Under the pieces are notes generated by a model. The model had not been told where the DNA came from, ran no database searches, and saw only the letters and a program-made list of their open reading frames with translations. A program made the translations under genes and the position numbers. 64,000 bases of DNA from the NCBI GenBank assembly GCA_044222065.1, contig JBGAOA010000015.1:763-64762 (forward strand), given 5' to 3'. Shown here one piece after another: positions 1 to 8,897 of this stretch. Position 1 is the stretch's first letter. Every line of letters begins with the position of its first letter. Source of the DNA: Candidatus Eiseniibacteriota bacterium (GTDB lineage Bacteria; Eisenbacteria; RBG-16-71-46).

Positions 1-649
1 CCAGCTCCTGATCCCGATCGCGCTCGTGCTCTTCCCGAGCCTCTCGCACCTCGGCCGCACGCCGGATCCGGAGCACGCGCGCTCGCTCGTGCGCGGCGCG
101 CTCCGCTACCTCGTCGCCGCGCTGCCGGTCGCCGCGGGGCTCGCCGCGGGCATGGGCACCGAACTCGTGTCGCTGCTCTACGGCGCCGCCTACCGCGACG
201 CCGGGGCGCTCCTCGTGTGGCTCGCGCCGGCCTACGCGCTGTGGACGATCGCGTACCTGCTCGCGACCGCGCTGTCGGGCGCGGGCGAGCCGCGGCGCGG
301 CGCGCTCGTGCTCGGCGCCGGAGCCGCGCTGCAGTTCGGCGCCTGCGCCGCGCTGTTCGCGCGCGGCGGTTCGGCGGGCGTCGCGCTCGGCGACCTCGTC
401 GCGATGGCGGGCGCGTGCGCGTTCGCGCTCGCGCTCGCGACGCGCCGCTTCGGGGCGATCGTGCCGTGGGCGAGCGTCGCGCGCGGCGTGGCGCTCGGCG
501 CCGGCGTGTTCCTGGCCGCCCGCGCGTGGCCCGCGCACGGCGCGCTCGTCGCGCTCAAGGCCGCGTGCCTCGGCGGCGTGGCGCTCGCCGCGCTCGTCGC
601 GCTCGGCGAGATCCGGCTGCCGCGCCGCGCGCCCCGGACGGCCTCGTGA
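1..649 (+). CDS. Wzx-like polysaccharide flippase (MOP superfamily), C-terminal part; the gene starts upstream of the window
   Basis: Hydrophobic polytopic C-terminus typical of polysaccharide biosynthesis (Wzx/MATE-like) proteins. The ORF runs from the window edge to TGA at 647-649. Confidence 0.6.
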   Translation, partial: QLLIPIALVLFPSLSHLGRTPDPEHARSLVRGALRYLVAALPVAAGLAAGMGTELVSLLYGAAYRDAGALLVWLAPAYALWTIAYLLATALSGAGEPRRGALVLGAGAALQFGACAALFARGGSAGVALGDLVAMAGACAFALALATRRFGAIVPWASVARGVALGAGVFLAARAWPAHGALVALKAACLGGVALAALVALGEIRLPRRAPRTAS

Positions 650-1827
650 ACGCGCTCGTGCTCACGACGTCGTATCCGCTGCGCGAAGGCGCGATCGGCG
701 GCTCGTTCGTGCGCGACCTGCTGCGGGCGCTGCAGGCGCGCGGCTGGGACTTCGACGTCGTCACGCCGGCGGGGCCGCGGGGCCCGCGGCTCGACGAGCG
801 CGGCATTCGCGTTCACGAAGCGCCGCACTGGGGCGCTCACTGGCGCGGCGGGCTCGCACACGGCCGCGGCGTGCCGGAGACGCTCGCGAGCGAACCGTGG
901 AAGTGGCTCGTCGCGCCGCCGCTCGTGCGCGGTCTCGACCTCGCCGCGGCCGCCGCGGCGCGCGCCCGCACGCCCGACGTCGTGTGGAGCCACTGGCTGC
1001 TGCCGTGCGGTCTGCTCGGCGCGGCGCTCGCGCGTGCGCGCGGCGTCCCGCACGTCGCCACGGCCCACGGCGCCGACGTCCACTGGCTCGAGCGCGTCGT
1101 GCGCGTTCCCGGGGCGCGCGCGGCACTCGCCGCGGCGTGGTCGGACACGCGGCTCACGGCGCCCTCCGAGCACACCGCGCGTCGCGTCGCCGCGGCGCTC
1201 GGCGGTGCGCGCGTGGACGTGTGCCCGCTCGTCGCGAATGCGCCCGAGGCGGCGGGGGACGAAGCGCGGCGCGGGCTGCTGTTCCTCGGCCGCTTCGAGC
1301 CGATCAAGGGGCCGGACCTGCTGCTCGAGGCCTGTGCGGCGCTCGACGGCGCACCGGGGGTCGTGACGCTCGCCGGTGCCGGGAGCCTCGATCGCGCGCT
1401 GCGCGGACGGGCGGACGCGCTCGCGATCGAGACGCGCTTCCCCGGCGTGCTGCGCGATGCCGCGAAGTTCGACGCGCTGCGGAGCGCGGAGGCGCTCGTG
1501 CTGCCGAGCCGCCGGCTCGCGGGCGGGCGGAGCGAGGGCTTCCCGCACGCCTCGATGGAAGCGCTCGCCGCGGGCACGCCCGTGATCGCGCCCGCGGGCG
1601 GCGCGCTCGGCGACTGGCTCGAGCGGCACGGCGCGGGGCTCGCCTACGCGCCCGGCGGCGACGACCGCGCGCACGCCGCATCGCTCGCGGCGGCGCTGCA
1701 CCGCTTCCTCGACGATGCGGGCATGCGCCGGCGCTCGCGGGACGGCGCCGCGAGCGCGGGCTGCGCGTTCCGAGCCTCGACGGCGGCGGCGCGCTGGAGC
1801 GACGCGCTCGAGGGCGCGACGTGCTGA
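646..1827 (+). CDS. GT4 (GT-B fold) glycosyltransferase
   Basis: GTG at 646 overlaps the upstream stop (GTGA). The C-terminal half has the EX7E-like GT4 region: 'LFLGRFEPIKG ... FPHASMEALAAGTPVI'. The first 140 aa of the track ORF are an Arg-rich artefact and are excluded. Confidence 0.75.
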   Translation: MNALVLTTSYPLREGAIGGSFVRDLLRALQARGWDFDVVTPAGPRGPRLDERGIRVHEAPHWGAHWRGGLAHGRGVPETLASEPWKWLVAPPLVRGLDLAAAAAARARTPDVVWSHWLLPCGLLGAALARARGVPHVATAHGADVHWLERVVRVPGARAALAAAWSDTRLTAPSEHTARRVAAALGGARVDVCPLVANAPEAAGDEARRGLLFLGRFEPIKGPDLLLEACAALDGAPGVVTLAGAGSLDRALRGRADALAIETRFPGVLRDAAKFDALRSAEALVLPSRRLAGGRSEGFPHASMEALAAGTPVIAPAGGALGDWLERHGAGLAYAPGGDDRAHAASLAAALHRFLDDAGMRRRSRDGAASAGCAFRASTAAARWSDALEGATC

Positions 1828-2585
1828 CGCGCGACGACGGCCTCGCGCTCGTGATTCCGGCGCGCGACGAAGCGCGACTGCTGCCGTCGGTGCTCGCCGC
1901 CGTTCCCGAGGGCGTCCAGCGCGTGATCGTCGTGGACGATGCGAGCCGCGACGACACGGCAGGCGTCGTGCGGGGGTGGGGCGACTCGCGCGGCCTCGTC
2001 GTGCGCAGCGACCGCCCGCTCGGCGTCGGCGCCGCGATCCGGCTCGGATACGCGCACGCGCTCGAGCACGGCGCCCGCGTCGCCGTCGTGGTCGCGGCCG
2101 ACGCGCAGATGGACCTCGGCGAGGTCGGGCGCGTCGCCGCGCCGCTGCTCGCCGGACGTGCCGACTACGTGCAGGGCTGCCGCTTCGACGGTGCACGCGT
2201 GCGCGGGCTCATGCCGTGGACGCGCTTCGCCGGCAACCGCGTGCTGAGCGCGTGCACGAGCTGGGCGGCGGGGCGCCCGGTGGGGGACAGCCAGTGCGGC
2301 TTCACGGCCGCCTCGCGCGTCGCGATGCGCGTCCTCACCGAAGTGCGGATGCCTCCGGGCTACGGCTTCCCGGCGTTCGCGCGGCTCGCGGCGCACGAGG
2401 CGGGGCTGCGCGTCGCGGAGGTCCCGGTGACGGCGATCTACGGCAGCGAGGTGTCGGGCATCCGCGCGTGGCGCGATCCGCTCGGCATCGCCGTGCGCCT
2501 GCTCGCGCTCGGCGCGGCGCGGCGCTGGCGGGCCGGAGCGCGCGACGGACGGCGCGGGGACGTGCGCGCCGACGAGGTCGCATGA
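1821..2585 (+). CDS. GT2 glycosyltransferase (DPM1/GtrB-like polyprenyl-phosphate sugar synthase type)
   Basis: 'LVIPARDEARLL...VIVVDDASRDDT' DXD region. 255 aa. GTG at 1821 is 4 nt before the previous stop. Confidence 0.75.
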   Translation: MLTRDDGLALVIPARDEARLLPSVLAAVPEGVQRVIVVDDASRDDTAGVVRGWGDSRGLVVRSDRPLGVGAAIRLGYAHALEHGARVAVVVAADAQMDLGEVGRVAAPLLAGRADYVQGCRFDGARVRGLMPWTRFAGNRVLSACTSWAAGRPVGDSQCGFTAASRVAMRVLTEVRMPPGYGFPAFARLAAHEAGLRVAEVPVTAIYGSEVSGIRAWRDPLGIAVRLLALGAARRWRAGARDGRRGDVRADEVA

Positions 2586-3694
2586 GGGTCCTGCTCGTCA
2601 CGAAGCCGCTCGCGGCGCCCTGGAACGACAGCGGCAAGCTGCTGCCGCGCGACCTCGTCAACGCCTCGAGCGGACGACACCGATTCCACGTGCTGACGCC
2701 GCGCGGCGTCGGCGCCGAATGGCCGGCGCACGTCACCGCACACGCGCTCTACGGCGGAGCGCTCGGGTTCCGCCTCGGCCCGCTCGAGCGGCTCCGCATG
2801 CTCGCCGGCGTCTGGGGGCTGCGCGGCCGGACGGATGCGCTGCACTTCTTCTTCCAACCGCACCCGGCGGCGAGCCGCGCCGCGCGCGCGCTCGCCCGGG
2901 CGTCCGGGCGCCCTGCGATCCACACCGTCTCGAGCGCGCCCGCGAGCGGGCACGACGTGCGCACGCTCGTGTTCGCCGATCGCGTCGTCACGCTCTCGGA
3001 CGACACGGCACGCAAGCTCGCGCCCGCGCTGCGCGTTCCGGCCGTCACGATCCCGCCCGGCCTCGGCGCGCTCGAGCCCGTCGAGGCGGAGCGGGTCGCG
3101 CGCGTGCGCGCGGCGCTCGGGCTCGAGGCCGGCTTCGCGCTCTATCCGGGCGACTTCGAGTTCTCGGGCGGGCACGACGTCCTGCTCGAGGCGTGGGCGT
3201 CCGATCCGTCGCTGCCGCCGCTCGTGCTCGCCGGCCGCGACAAGACGCCCGCCGCCGCGACGGCGCGGGCCGCGCTCGAGTGCGGGACGCGAGCGCGCAA
3301 TCTCGGCGGCCGGGTGCGCACGCTCGGCACGGTGCCGGACATGGAAGCGCTCGTCGCCGCGAGCGCCTGCGTGCTGTTCCCGGCGCGCTCGCTCTACGGG
3401 AAGACCGACGTGCCGATCGTGCTGCTCGAGGCGTGGCGCGAGTCGCGGCCGGTCCTCACGAGCGGCATCGCGCCGCTCCGGGAACTCGTCGCGGGGCTCG
3501 ACGCCGAAGTGCCGGACGCTCCGGCGGCCTGGGCGGCCGCCGTCCGTCGCACGCTCGCCGAAGCCGGGGCGCGCGGCCGGGCGGGGCGCGAACGCCTGCT
3601 GGACCGCTATACTGCCCGGCGCTCCGCCGCCGCTTACGAGTCCCTCTACGACGACCTCGAATCCGGTCTCCTCGCGACGAGGCCCCCGCTTTGA
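2582..3694 (+). CDS. Glycosyltransferase, GT-B/GT4-like
   Basis: The ATGA junction at 2582-2585 couples it to the previous gene. The C-terminal 'LLEAWRESRPVLTSGIAPLRELV' is a GT4-type nucleotide-sugar binding region. Confidence 0.65.
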   Translation: MRVLLVTKPLAAPWNDSGKLLPRDLVNASSGRHRFHVLTPRGVGAEWPAHVTAHALYGGALGFRLGPLERLRMLAGVWGLRGRTDALHFFFQPHPAASRAARALARASGRPAIHTVSSAPASGHDVRTLVFADRVVTLSDDTARKLAPALRVPAVTIPPGLGALEPVEAERVARVRAALGLEAGFALYPGDFEFSGGHDVLLEAWASDPSLPPLVLAGRDKTPAAATARAALECGTRARNLGGRVRTLGTVPDMEALVAASACVLFPARSLYGKTDVPIVLLEAWRESRPVLTSGIAPLRELVAGLDAEVPDAPAAWAAAVRRTLAEAGARGRAGRERLLDRYTARRSAAAYESLYDDLESGLLATRPPL

Positions 3695-4416
3695 AAGACA
3701 CGAAGTCCTATTACGACGACTTCAGCACGACCTACGACCGCCACCGCGACGTCGGCTACCACGCGCACCTCGACGAGCTGGAGACGGCGTGCGTGCGCCG
3801 CTGGCTGGGCGGCACGCGCGTGCTCGAACTCGGATGCGGCACCGGATTGCTGCTGTCGCGCGTCCGCGGGTTCGCTCCGAGTGTCACCGGCGTGGACCTG
3901 TCGCTCGGGATGCTCCGTCGCGCCGCCGAACGCGGTCACCCGGTCGCCCAGGGTTCGGTCACGGCGCTGCCGTACCGCGACGCTTCGTTCGACCTCGCGT
4001 ACTCGTTCAAGGTGCTGCCGCACGTGGACCCGCTCGATCGGGCCGTGGACGAAGTCGCGCGCGTGCTCGTTCCGGGCGGCGTCGCGGTGCTGGAGTTCTA
4101 CAACCCGATCAGCCTGCGCGGGCTGTGGAAGAAGCTGCGCTGGTGGAACGCCGCCGTCGGCGCGTCGTCGCACGACCGGCAGGTCTACACCGCGTACCAC
4201 CGCCCCGAGGATGCGCGCGCGCTGGTCGCGCGGAAGCTCGAAGTGTGCGGCGAGTACGGCGTCGTGCTGCTCACGCCGCATCCGCTCGCGCATCGCGTGC
4301 CGCTCGTCGGCGCGCTGCTGCGCGCGCTCGAGCGTGCGCTCGCGGCGAGTCCGCTCGCCCGGCTCGCGGGCTTCTACGTCGTGATCGCGCGTCGTCGCGC
4401 GTCGCACGGGTCGTGA
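3691..4416 (+). CDS. Class I SAM-dependent methyltransferase
   Basis: 'VLELGCGTGLL' motif I and 'VLVPGGVAVLEF' post-I region. The TTG start at 3691 overlaps the upstream TGA, so the start is approximate. Confidence 0.7.
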   Translation: MKDTKSYYDDFSTTYDRHRDVGYHAHLDELETACVRRWLGGTRVLELGCGTGLLLSRVRGFAPSVTGVDLSLGMLRRAAERGHPVAQGSVTALPYRDASFDLAYSFKVLPHVDPLDRAVDEVARVLVPGGVAVLEFYNPISLRGLWKKLRWWNAAVGASSHDRQVYTAYHRPEDARALVARKLEVCGEYGVVLLTPHPLAHRVPLVGALLRALERALAASPLARLAGFYVVIARRRASHGS

Positions 4417-6512
4417 GCGGCGCGCGCGGGGACGGCGCCGGGCGCGATCGCTGGGCGCCGCTCTACGCCGGGCTCGCGTCCGGGGCGATTCTCGGACTGA
4501 TCGCAGCGGTCGAGCGCACGCGGCACCTGCGCTACTTCCTGAGCGGCCCGCGCGAGGGCGTGCTGCTGTTCCTCACGATCGCAGGCTGGGTGCTGTTCGC
4601 GGGGCTCGCGCTCGGCGCGCTGGCGACGCTGCTCGCGGGCCTCGCCCGCCTCGTCGGGCGCCGCCTCCGCCTCGACCGGAACGCGCAGGCGCTCGCTCTG
4701 GGGGCGCTCCTCGGCGCCGCGTCCGCCGCCCTCGCGCTCCAGGCGCTGCGGCTCACGGTGCGCTTCGACGGCCTCCAGTCGCGCGCGCCGATGCTCGTGC
4801 TCGCCGCGGCCGCGGCCGGGGCCTTCGCGGGCATCGTGCTGCTCGCTCTTTCGCGCACGCGCCTCGGCAAGCCTCGGTGGCGGCGCGGGCTCGCGCTCGT
4901 CGTTCTGCTCCCCGCGGTCGCGGGGCTCTACCTGCTCGATGCCTACTTCGCTCCGGGCTCGAGCCTCGGGCTCCACGTCATCATGGACGCGCTCGTCACG
5001 CTGGGCGCGTTCCTGCTCGCGCTCGAGTTCGAACCGCGCTTCGCGCGCGCGCGGCCGCTGTGGCTCGCGCTCGTGCCGGCGGCCGTGCTGTTCGTGCACT
5101 GGAGCATGACCGTGGATCCGAACGTCCGCATGCTCGTGCGCGTGCGCGGGACGATCGCCGGCCGCAGCGCGGACTTCTTCGGCTGGCTGAGCGACTTCGA
5201 CCGGGACGGCAGCGCGATTCCCTGGCTCGTCGCGGGGAGGGACGCGCGGCCGTTCGATCCGACGTATCCCGGCCGCATCCCGGGCGACCAGTGGCCGTCG
5301 TTCGACCCTGGAACGCAGCCGCCGGGGCCCGGCGATCCGGCGCGCGCGCCGGATCCGGGCGACGCGCGGCCCCACCTCGTGTTCGTGACGCTCGACGCGT
5401 GCCGCTGGGACGCCGTTCCCGGCGCGGCGTGGCGCAGCCCGCGGCTCGCGGGCCTCCACGCGCGCACGCCGACGCTCGATTCGCTCGTGTCGCACTCGGC
5501 CCGATTCGCCGGCGGCTACGCGCCCTCGGCCGGGACCGAGGACACGTTCCTCTCGCTCTTCAGCGGCCTCGACCTGCCCGCGGCGCTCGGCGGCGTGCCC
5601 GAGGGACGCTGGTTGTCCGAGCGCCTCGTGAGCGCCGGATACGCTTCGCGCGCGTTCATCAACGAAGCGAACTTCCTGCCTTCGCCGTGGGGCTGGCCGC
5701 TGATGGTGCGCGCTCCCGAGCACGAAGGCCGACGGCTCGCGCAGGACCTCGTCGCGTTCCTCGCCGGGCAGCCGGTCGGACGTCCCGCGGTCGCGTGGTA
5801 CCACCTCATGGACCTGCACGCGGACGTGCTGAACCCGCTCTCGAAGAGCTCGTACTCGCGCACGAAGCACGTCGAGATCTACGCGCGCGCGCTCGAGCGC
5901 GTGGATCGCTCGCTCGGCGAACTGTTCTCCGAATTGCGCCGCCGGGGGCTCGATCGCCGCACGATCGTCGTGATCGCCGCGGACCACGGCGAGGAGTTCG
6001 GCGGCCACGGCCACTTCCACCACAACATCGCGGTGTACGAGCCGGCGATCCGCGTGCTGTTCTGGGCCACCGGTCCGGGGATCGAGGCCGGCCCGCGCCC
6101 CTTTGCCGCCGACGTGGCCGACGTGTACCCGACGTTCCTCGCGGCGGCCGGGGTCGATCCGGGCGCGACCTCGGGCCGCTCGCTCTGGCCCGCGTTCGCG
6201 GACACGTCGTATCGCCCGGAGCCGCGAGTGCACTACAGCTTCCTGCCGCAGCGCGGCGTCTCGCGGCGTTTCTCGCCCTACCGGCACATCGAGCGCGGTC
6301 AGGCCGCGGCGGTGGACGAGGCGCGAGGCCGCAAGGTCATCCTGCGCTTCGGTCGCGAGGTGATGGAGGTCTACGACCTCGCGCGCGATCCGCTCGAGTC
6401 GCGGAACCTCGCGCGCTGGCGACCGGCGTGGGCGGACTCGCTCGGCGCCGGACTGCTCGAGCGCGTGCTCGCGAGGCCGCTGCGACCGGGGGAATTCCGT
6501 CGCTGGTTCTGA
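4413..6512 (+). CDS. Membrane-anchored sulfatase / alkaline-phosphatase superfamily enzyme (LTA-synthase / phosphotransferase-like)
   Basis: N-terminal multi-TM segment (about 230 aa) followed by a domain with 'LVFVTLDACRWDA' and the metal-binding 'DHGEEFGGHGHFHH' motif. GTG at 4413 overlaps the previous TGA. Confidence 0.7.
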   Translation: MSGARGDGAGRDRWAPLYAGLASGAILGLIAAVERTRHLRYFLSGPREGVLLFLTIAGWVLFAGLALGALATLLAGLARLVGRRLRLDRNAQALALGALLGAASAALALQALRLTVRFDGLQSRAPMLVLAAAAAGAFAGIVLLALSRTRLGKPRWRRGLALVVLLPAVAGLYLLDAYFAPGSSLGLHVIMDALVTLGAFLLALEFEPRFARARPLWLALVPAAVLFVHWSMTVDPNVRMLVRVRGTIAGRSADFFGWLSDFDRDGSAIPWLVAGRDARPFDPTYPGRIPGDQWPSFDPGTQPPGPGDPARAPDPGDARPHLVFVTLDACRWDAVPGAAWRSPRLAGLHARTPTLDSLVSHSARFAGGYAPSAGTEDTFLSLFSGLDLPAALGGVPEGRWLSERLVSAGYASRAFINEANFLPSPWGWPLMVRAPEHEGRRLAQDLVAFLAGQPVGRPAVAWYHLMDLHADVLNPLSKSSYSRTKHVEIYARALERVDRSLGELFSELRRRGLDRRTIVVIAADHGEEFGGHGHFHHNIAVYEPAIRVLFWATGPGIEAGPRPFAADVADVYPTFLAAAGVDPGATSGRSLWPAFADTSYRPEPRVHYSFLPQRGVSRRFSPYRHIERGQAAAVDEARGRKVILRFGREVMEVYDLARDPLESRNLARWRPAWADSLGAGLLERVLARPLRPGEFRRWF

Positions 6513-6637
6513 GCGCACGCGACCGGGCCGAGCGGCCGGTGACGGTGCGAAGTCGCCGCGCTCCGATCACTCCCGCGGCGCCGCGGCCCCGCTCGCGGCG
6601 TCCGTCGCGGGCGCGGTCCACGTTCGCAATCCCGCGA

Positions 6638-6666
6638 TTGACAGCGTCTTGGGCCCTGACGATAGT
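6638..6666 (+). promoter_or_regulatory. sigma70-like promoter (TTGACA-17-GATAGT) for the DUF3108 / DHS-like operon
   Basis: TTGACA at 6638-6643, a 17-nt spacer, then GATAGT at 6661-6666. It lies about 55 nt upstream of ATG 6721, which has a GGGGGA RBS. Confidence 0.5.
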
Positions 6667-6720
6667 GCGCCACGATCCGTTCGACGCCCTGCGGCACTCC
6701 CTTTGCCTTCCGTGGGGGAC

Positions 6721-7587
6721 ATGACTCGCAACCACTCCCATCGCCGGCGCGGGACGCTTCTCGCCCTCGCCGCGCTCGCCGTGTTCGGCTTCGTGCTCGC
6801 CCCGGCCCGTACCGGCGACGCCGACGACGCGCCGCTTCCCGGCGCGCCGCGCGACACGGCCGACATCAGCGCGGGGGTGGAGCGCGCCGACAGTTCTTCG
6901 ACCGAGATCGTTCCTGCGCCGGCGGAGCCGATCCGCGCCGGCGAGAGCCTGCGCTTTTCAGTCCAGTACGGACCGATCAAGGCGGGCACCGCCTGGCTCG
7001 AGATCCCGCAGGTCGTGGACTGGAACGGGCACCGGGCGTTCTCGCTCGTCGCGCGCGCCGAGTCGAACGGCTTCTTCAGCGCGTTCTACAAGGTGCGCAA
7101 CCGGATCGAATCCGTGTGGGACGTGGACGGGCGCTTCAGCTGGCACTATCGCGAGAACCGGCGCGAGGGCGGCTATCGCGTCTCGAACGAGATCACGTTC
7201 GACCGCGACTCGCTGCAGGCGCGCTGGCCCGACGGCCAGACCTATCCGATTCCGCGCGACGTGCAGGACGCGCTGTCGTCGTTCTACTACACGCGCTGCC
7301 TCGCGCTCCCGCTCGGGCGCAGCGTGTGGTTCGACTACCACGCGAGCCGCAAGAGCGTGCCGCTGGAAGTGAAGGTGCTCGGCCGCCAGAAGATCAAGAC
7401 GCCCGCGGGCACGTTCCAGTGCATCGCGATCGAGCCGTACCTGAAGGCGGGCGGCGTGTTCAAGAACAAGGGCCGGCTCGTGATCTGGCTCACCGAGGAC
7501 GATCGGCGCATGCCGGTCCTGATGCGAAGCTACCTCACGATCGGCTCGATCAGCGTCGTGCTCCAGGAGGTCAAGAACGGAGGATGA
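6721..7587 (+). CDS. DUF3108-family secreted protein
   Basis: ATG at 6721 is followed by a signal-peptide-like 'LLALAALAVFGFVLAPA'. The body matches the DUF3108 pattern 'FSVQYGPIKAGTAWLEI ... LVIWLTEDDRRMPV'. Confidence 0.7.
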   Translation: MTRNHSHRRRGTLLALAALAVFGFVLAPARTGDADDAPLPGAPRDTADISAGVERADSSSTEIVPAPAEPIRAGESLRFSVQYGPIKAGTAWLEIPQVVDWNGHRAFSLVARAESNGFFSAFYKVRNRIESVWDVDGRFSWHYRENRREGGYRVSNEITFDRDSLQARWPDGQTYPIPRDVQDALSSFYYTRCLALPLGRSVWFDYHASRKSVPLEVKVLGRQKIKTPAGTFQCIAIEPYLKAGGVFKNKGRLVIWLTEDDRRMPVLMRSYLTIGSISVVLQEVKNGG

Positions 7588-8534
7588 GCCGCTACCGCGA
7601 AGCCGACCTGTCCCGACTGCACGTCGGAAGCGTCGAGGCGCGAGCGACGCGCGTGAACGTGTCCGAATTCGCGCGGCCGCTCGATCCGGCTGCCGCGCGC
7701 GCCCTGCTCGACGCGCTTCCCGACCAGCTCGCGGCGCGCTCGCTGCGCGCCGTCGTCGCGCACGTCGGCCGCGCCCACCGGGACGGGCGGCCCGTCGTGG
7801 CGATGTACGGCGGGCACGTCATCAAGGCCGGCGTCTCGCCCTGCCTCGTCACGCTGCTCGAGGCCGGAGTGCTCACACACCTCGCGATGAACGGTGCGGC
7901 CGCCATCCACGACGTCGAGATCGCGCGCATCGGCCGGACGTCCGAGGACGTCGAGTCGAACCTGCAGAGCGGCACGTTCGGCATGGTGGACGAGACGGGC
8001 GACTTCATGAACGCGGCGGTGAGCGAGGCGGCCGCGCGCGACGAGGGCCTGGGCGAGGCGTGGGGCCGGGCGCTCGAAGAGTCGCGCGCGCCGCACCGCG
8101 ACTCGAGCCCGCTCGCGGTGGCGTGGCGGCGGCGCGTGCCCGCGACCGTTCACGTCGCGATCGGCACCGACACGATCCACCACCACCCGCGTTGCGACGG
8201 CGCGGCGCTCGGCGAAGCGACGCTGCGCGACTTCCGGATCTTCGCGGCCGCGCTTGCCGAGGCGCGCGGAGCGGTCGTCCTGAATTTCGGATCGGCGGTG
8301 TTGATGCCCGAGGTGTTCCTCAAGGCCCTCGCGGTCGCGCGCAATCTCGGCGCGAGCCTGGAGGGGCTCGTGACCGTGAACTTCGACCAGATCCAGCACT
8401 ACCGGCCACGCGTGAACGTCGTCGAGCGACCGACCCGGGCTCCGGGGGCGCAGGGGTACGCGATCACCGGGCACCACGAGATCCTCGTGCCGCTGTTCGC
8501 GGCCGCCGTGCTCGCCGAGATCCGACCGCGCTGA
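7584..8534 (+). CDS. Deoxyhypusine-synthase-like (DHS-like NAD-binding fold) protein, function unknown
   Basis: The ATGA overlap at 7584-7587 couples it to the DUF3108 gene. 'VAMYGGHVIKAGVSPCLVTLLEAGVLTHLAMNGAA' and 'TVHVAIGTDTIHHHP' resemble the DHS core ('LGYTSNLISSG...LVTTAGG' and 'ILGGGVVKHHI'). The call is from memory of the family, not a search. Confidence 0.45.
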   Translation: MSRYREADLSRLHVGSVEARATRVNVSEFARPLDPAAARALLDALPDQLAARSLRAVVAHVGRAHRDGRPVVAMYGGHVIKAGVSPCLVTLLEAGVLTHLAMNGAAAIHDVEIARIGRTSEDVESNLQSGTFGMVDETGDFMNAAVSEAAARDEGLGEAWGRALEESRAPHRDSSPLAVAWRRRVPATVHVAIGTDTIHHHPRCDGAALGEATLRDFRIFAAALAEARGAVVLNFGSAVLMPEVFLKALAVARNLGASLEGLVTVNFDQIQHYRPRVNVVERPTRAPGAQGYAITGHHEILVPLFAAAVLAEIRPR

Positions 8535-8622
8535 AGGCTCCGTCGGCCCCGAAGCACGACCACCGGCGGCACGACCATTGCCACCTCCATCCGGTGCCGT
8601 TCGCGATGCAATCAGCGAATCG

Positions 8623-8652
8623 TTGACACTGTTCGGAGCCGCCCCATATACT
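8623..8652 (+). promoter_or_regulatory. sigma70-like promoter (TTGACA-18-TATACT) for the wza-led EPS operon
   Basis: TTGACA at 8623-8628 and TATACT at 8647-8652, in a lower-GC intergenic region. Confidence 0.5.
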
Positions 8653-8834
8653 TCTTGGTGCACAACGACTTCCGGCTGTGCTCGAGTCGACAGGTTCCGA
8701 GTGGAGGCGCTCCGAGACGCTGATTGCTACTGCTGCGGCATGGGTCGTCCGGTTTTTTGACCCTGCTGTTGGGTCGGGAGTCGAGAGAGACATTCCGACC
8801 GTTCGCGTCTTGGGTGTCCGGTCCGCGGAGAGCG

Positions 8835-8879
8835 GCCCGGCTTTCTCCCGTTCACGGGGGCCGGGCGTTCTGTCTTTTT
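8835..8879 (+). terminator. Terminator-like or attenuator hairpin plus U-tract at the end of the wza 5' leader
   Basis: GCCCGGC (8835-8841) pairs with GCCGGGC (8860-8866), with inner CTCCCG/CGGGGG pairing. 'tctttttg' follows at 8872-8879. It ends 18 nt before the GTG start at 8898. Confidence 0.4.
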
Positions 8880-8897
8880 GAGGAGCCATCGACCGAA

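Noticed and set aside
217-3700. Long Arg/Ala/Pro-rich ORFs on both strands (for example 232-2196 minus, the N-terminal parts of 217-1827, 897-2585, 1715-3694 and 2835-6512)
   Set aside because: They have a low-complexity, Arg-dominated composition typical of out-of-frame or antisense translation of 72% GC DNA. They overlap genes with clear family signatures. Only the homologous C-terminal segments were kept as CDS.
8578-8881. Small ORFs 8578-8760 and 8678-8881 inside the wza leader
   Set aside because: They have no RBS and no recognisable features, and they lie in a region better explained as promoter plus 5' UTR. I had no conservation evidence available.
8535-8897. JUMPstart/ops (GGCGGTAG) element for RfaH in the EPS leaders
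   Set aside because: The motif is not present in either leader. Antitermination is still proposed, but not through a canonical ops site.
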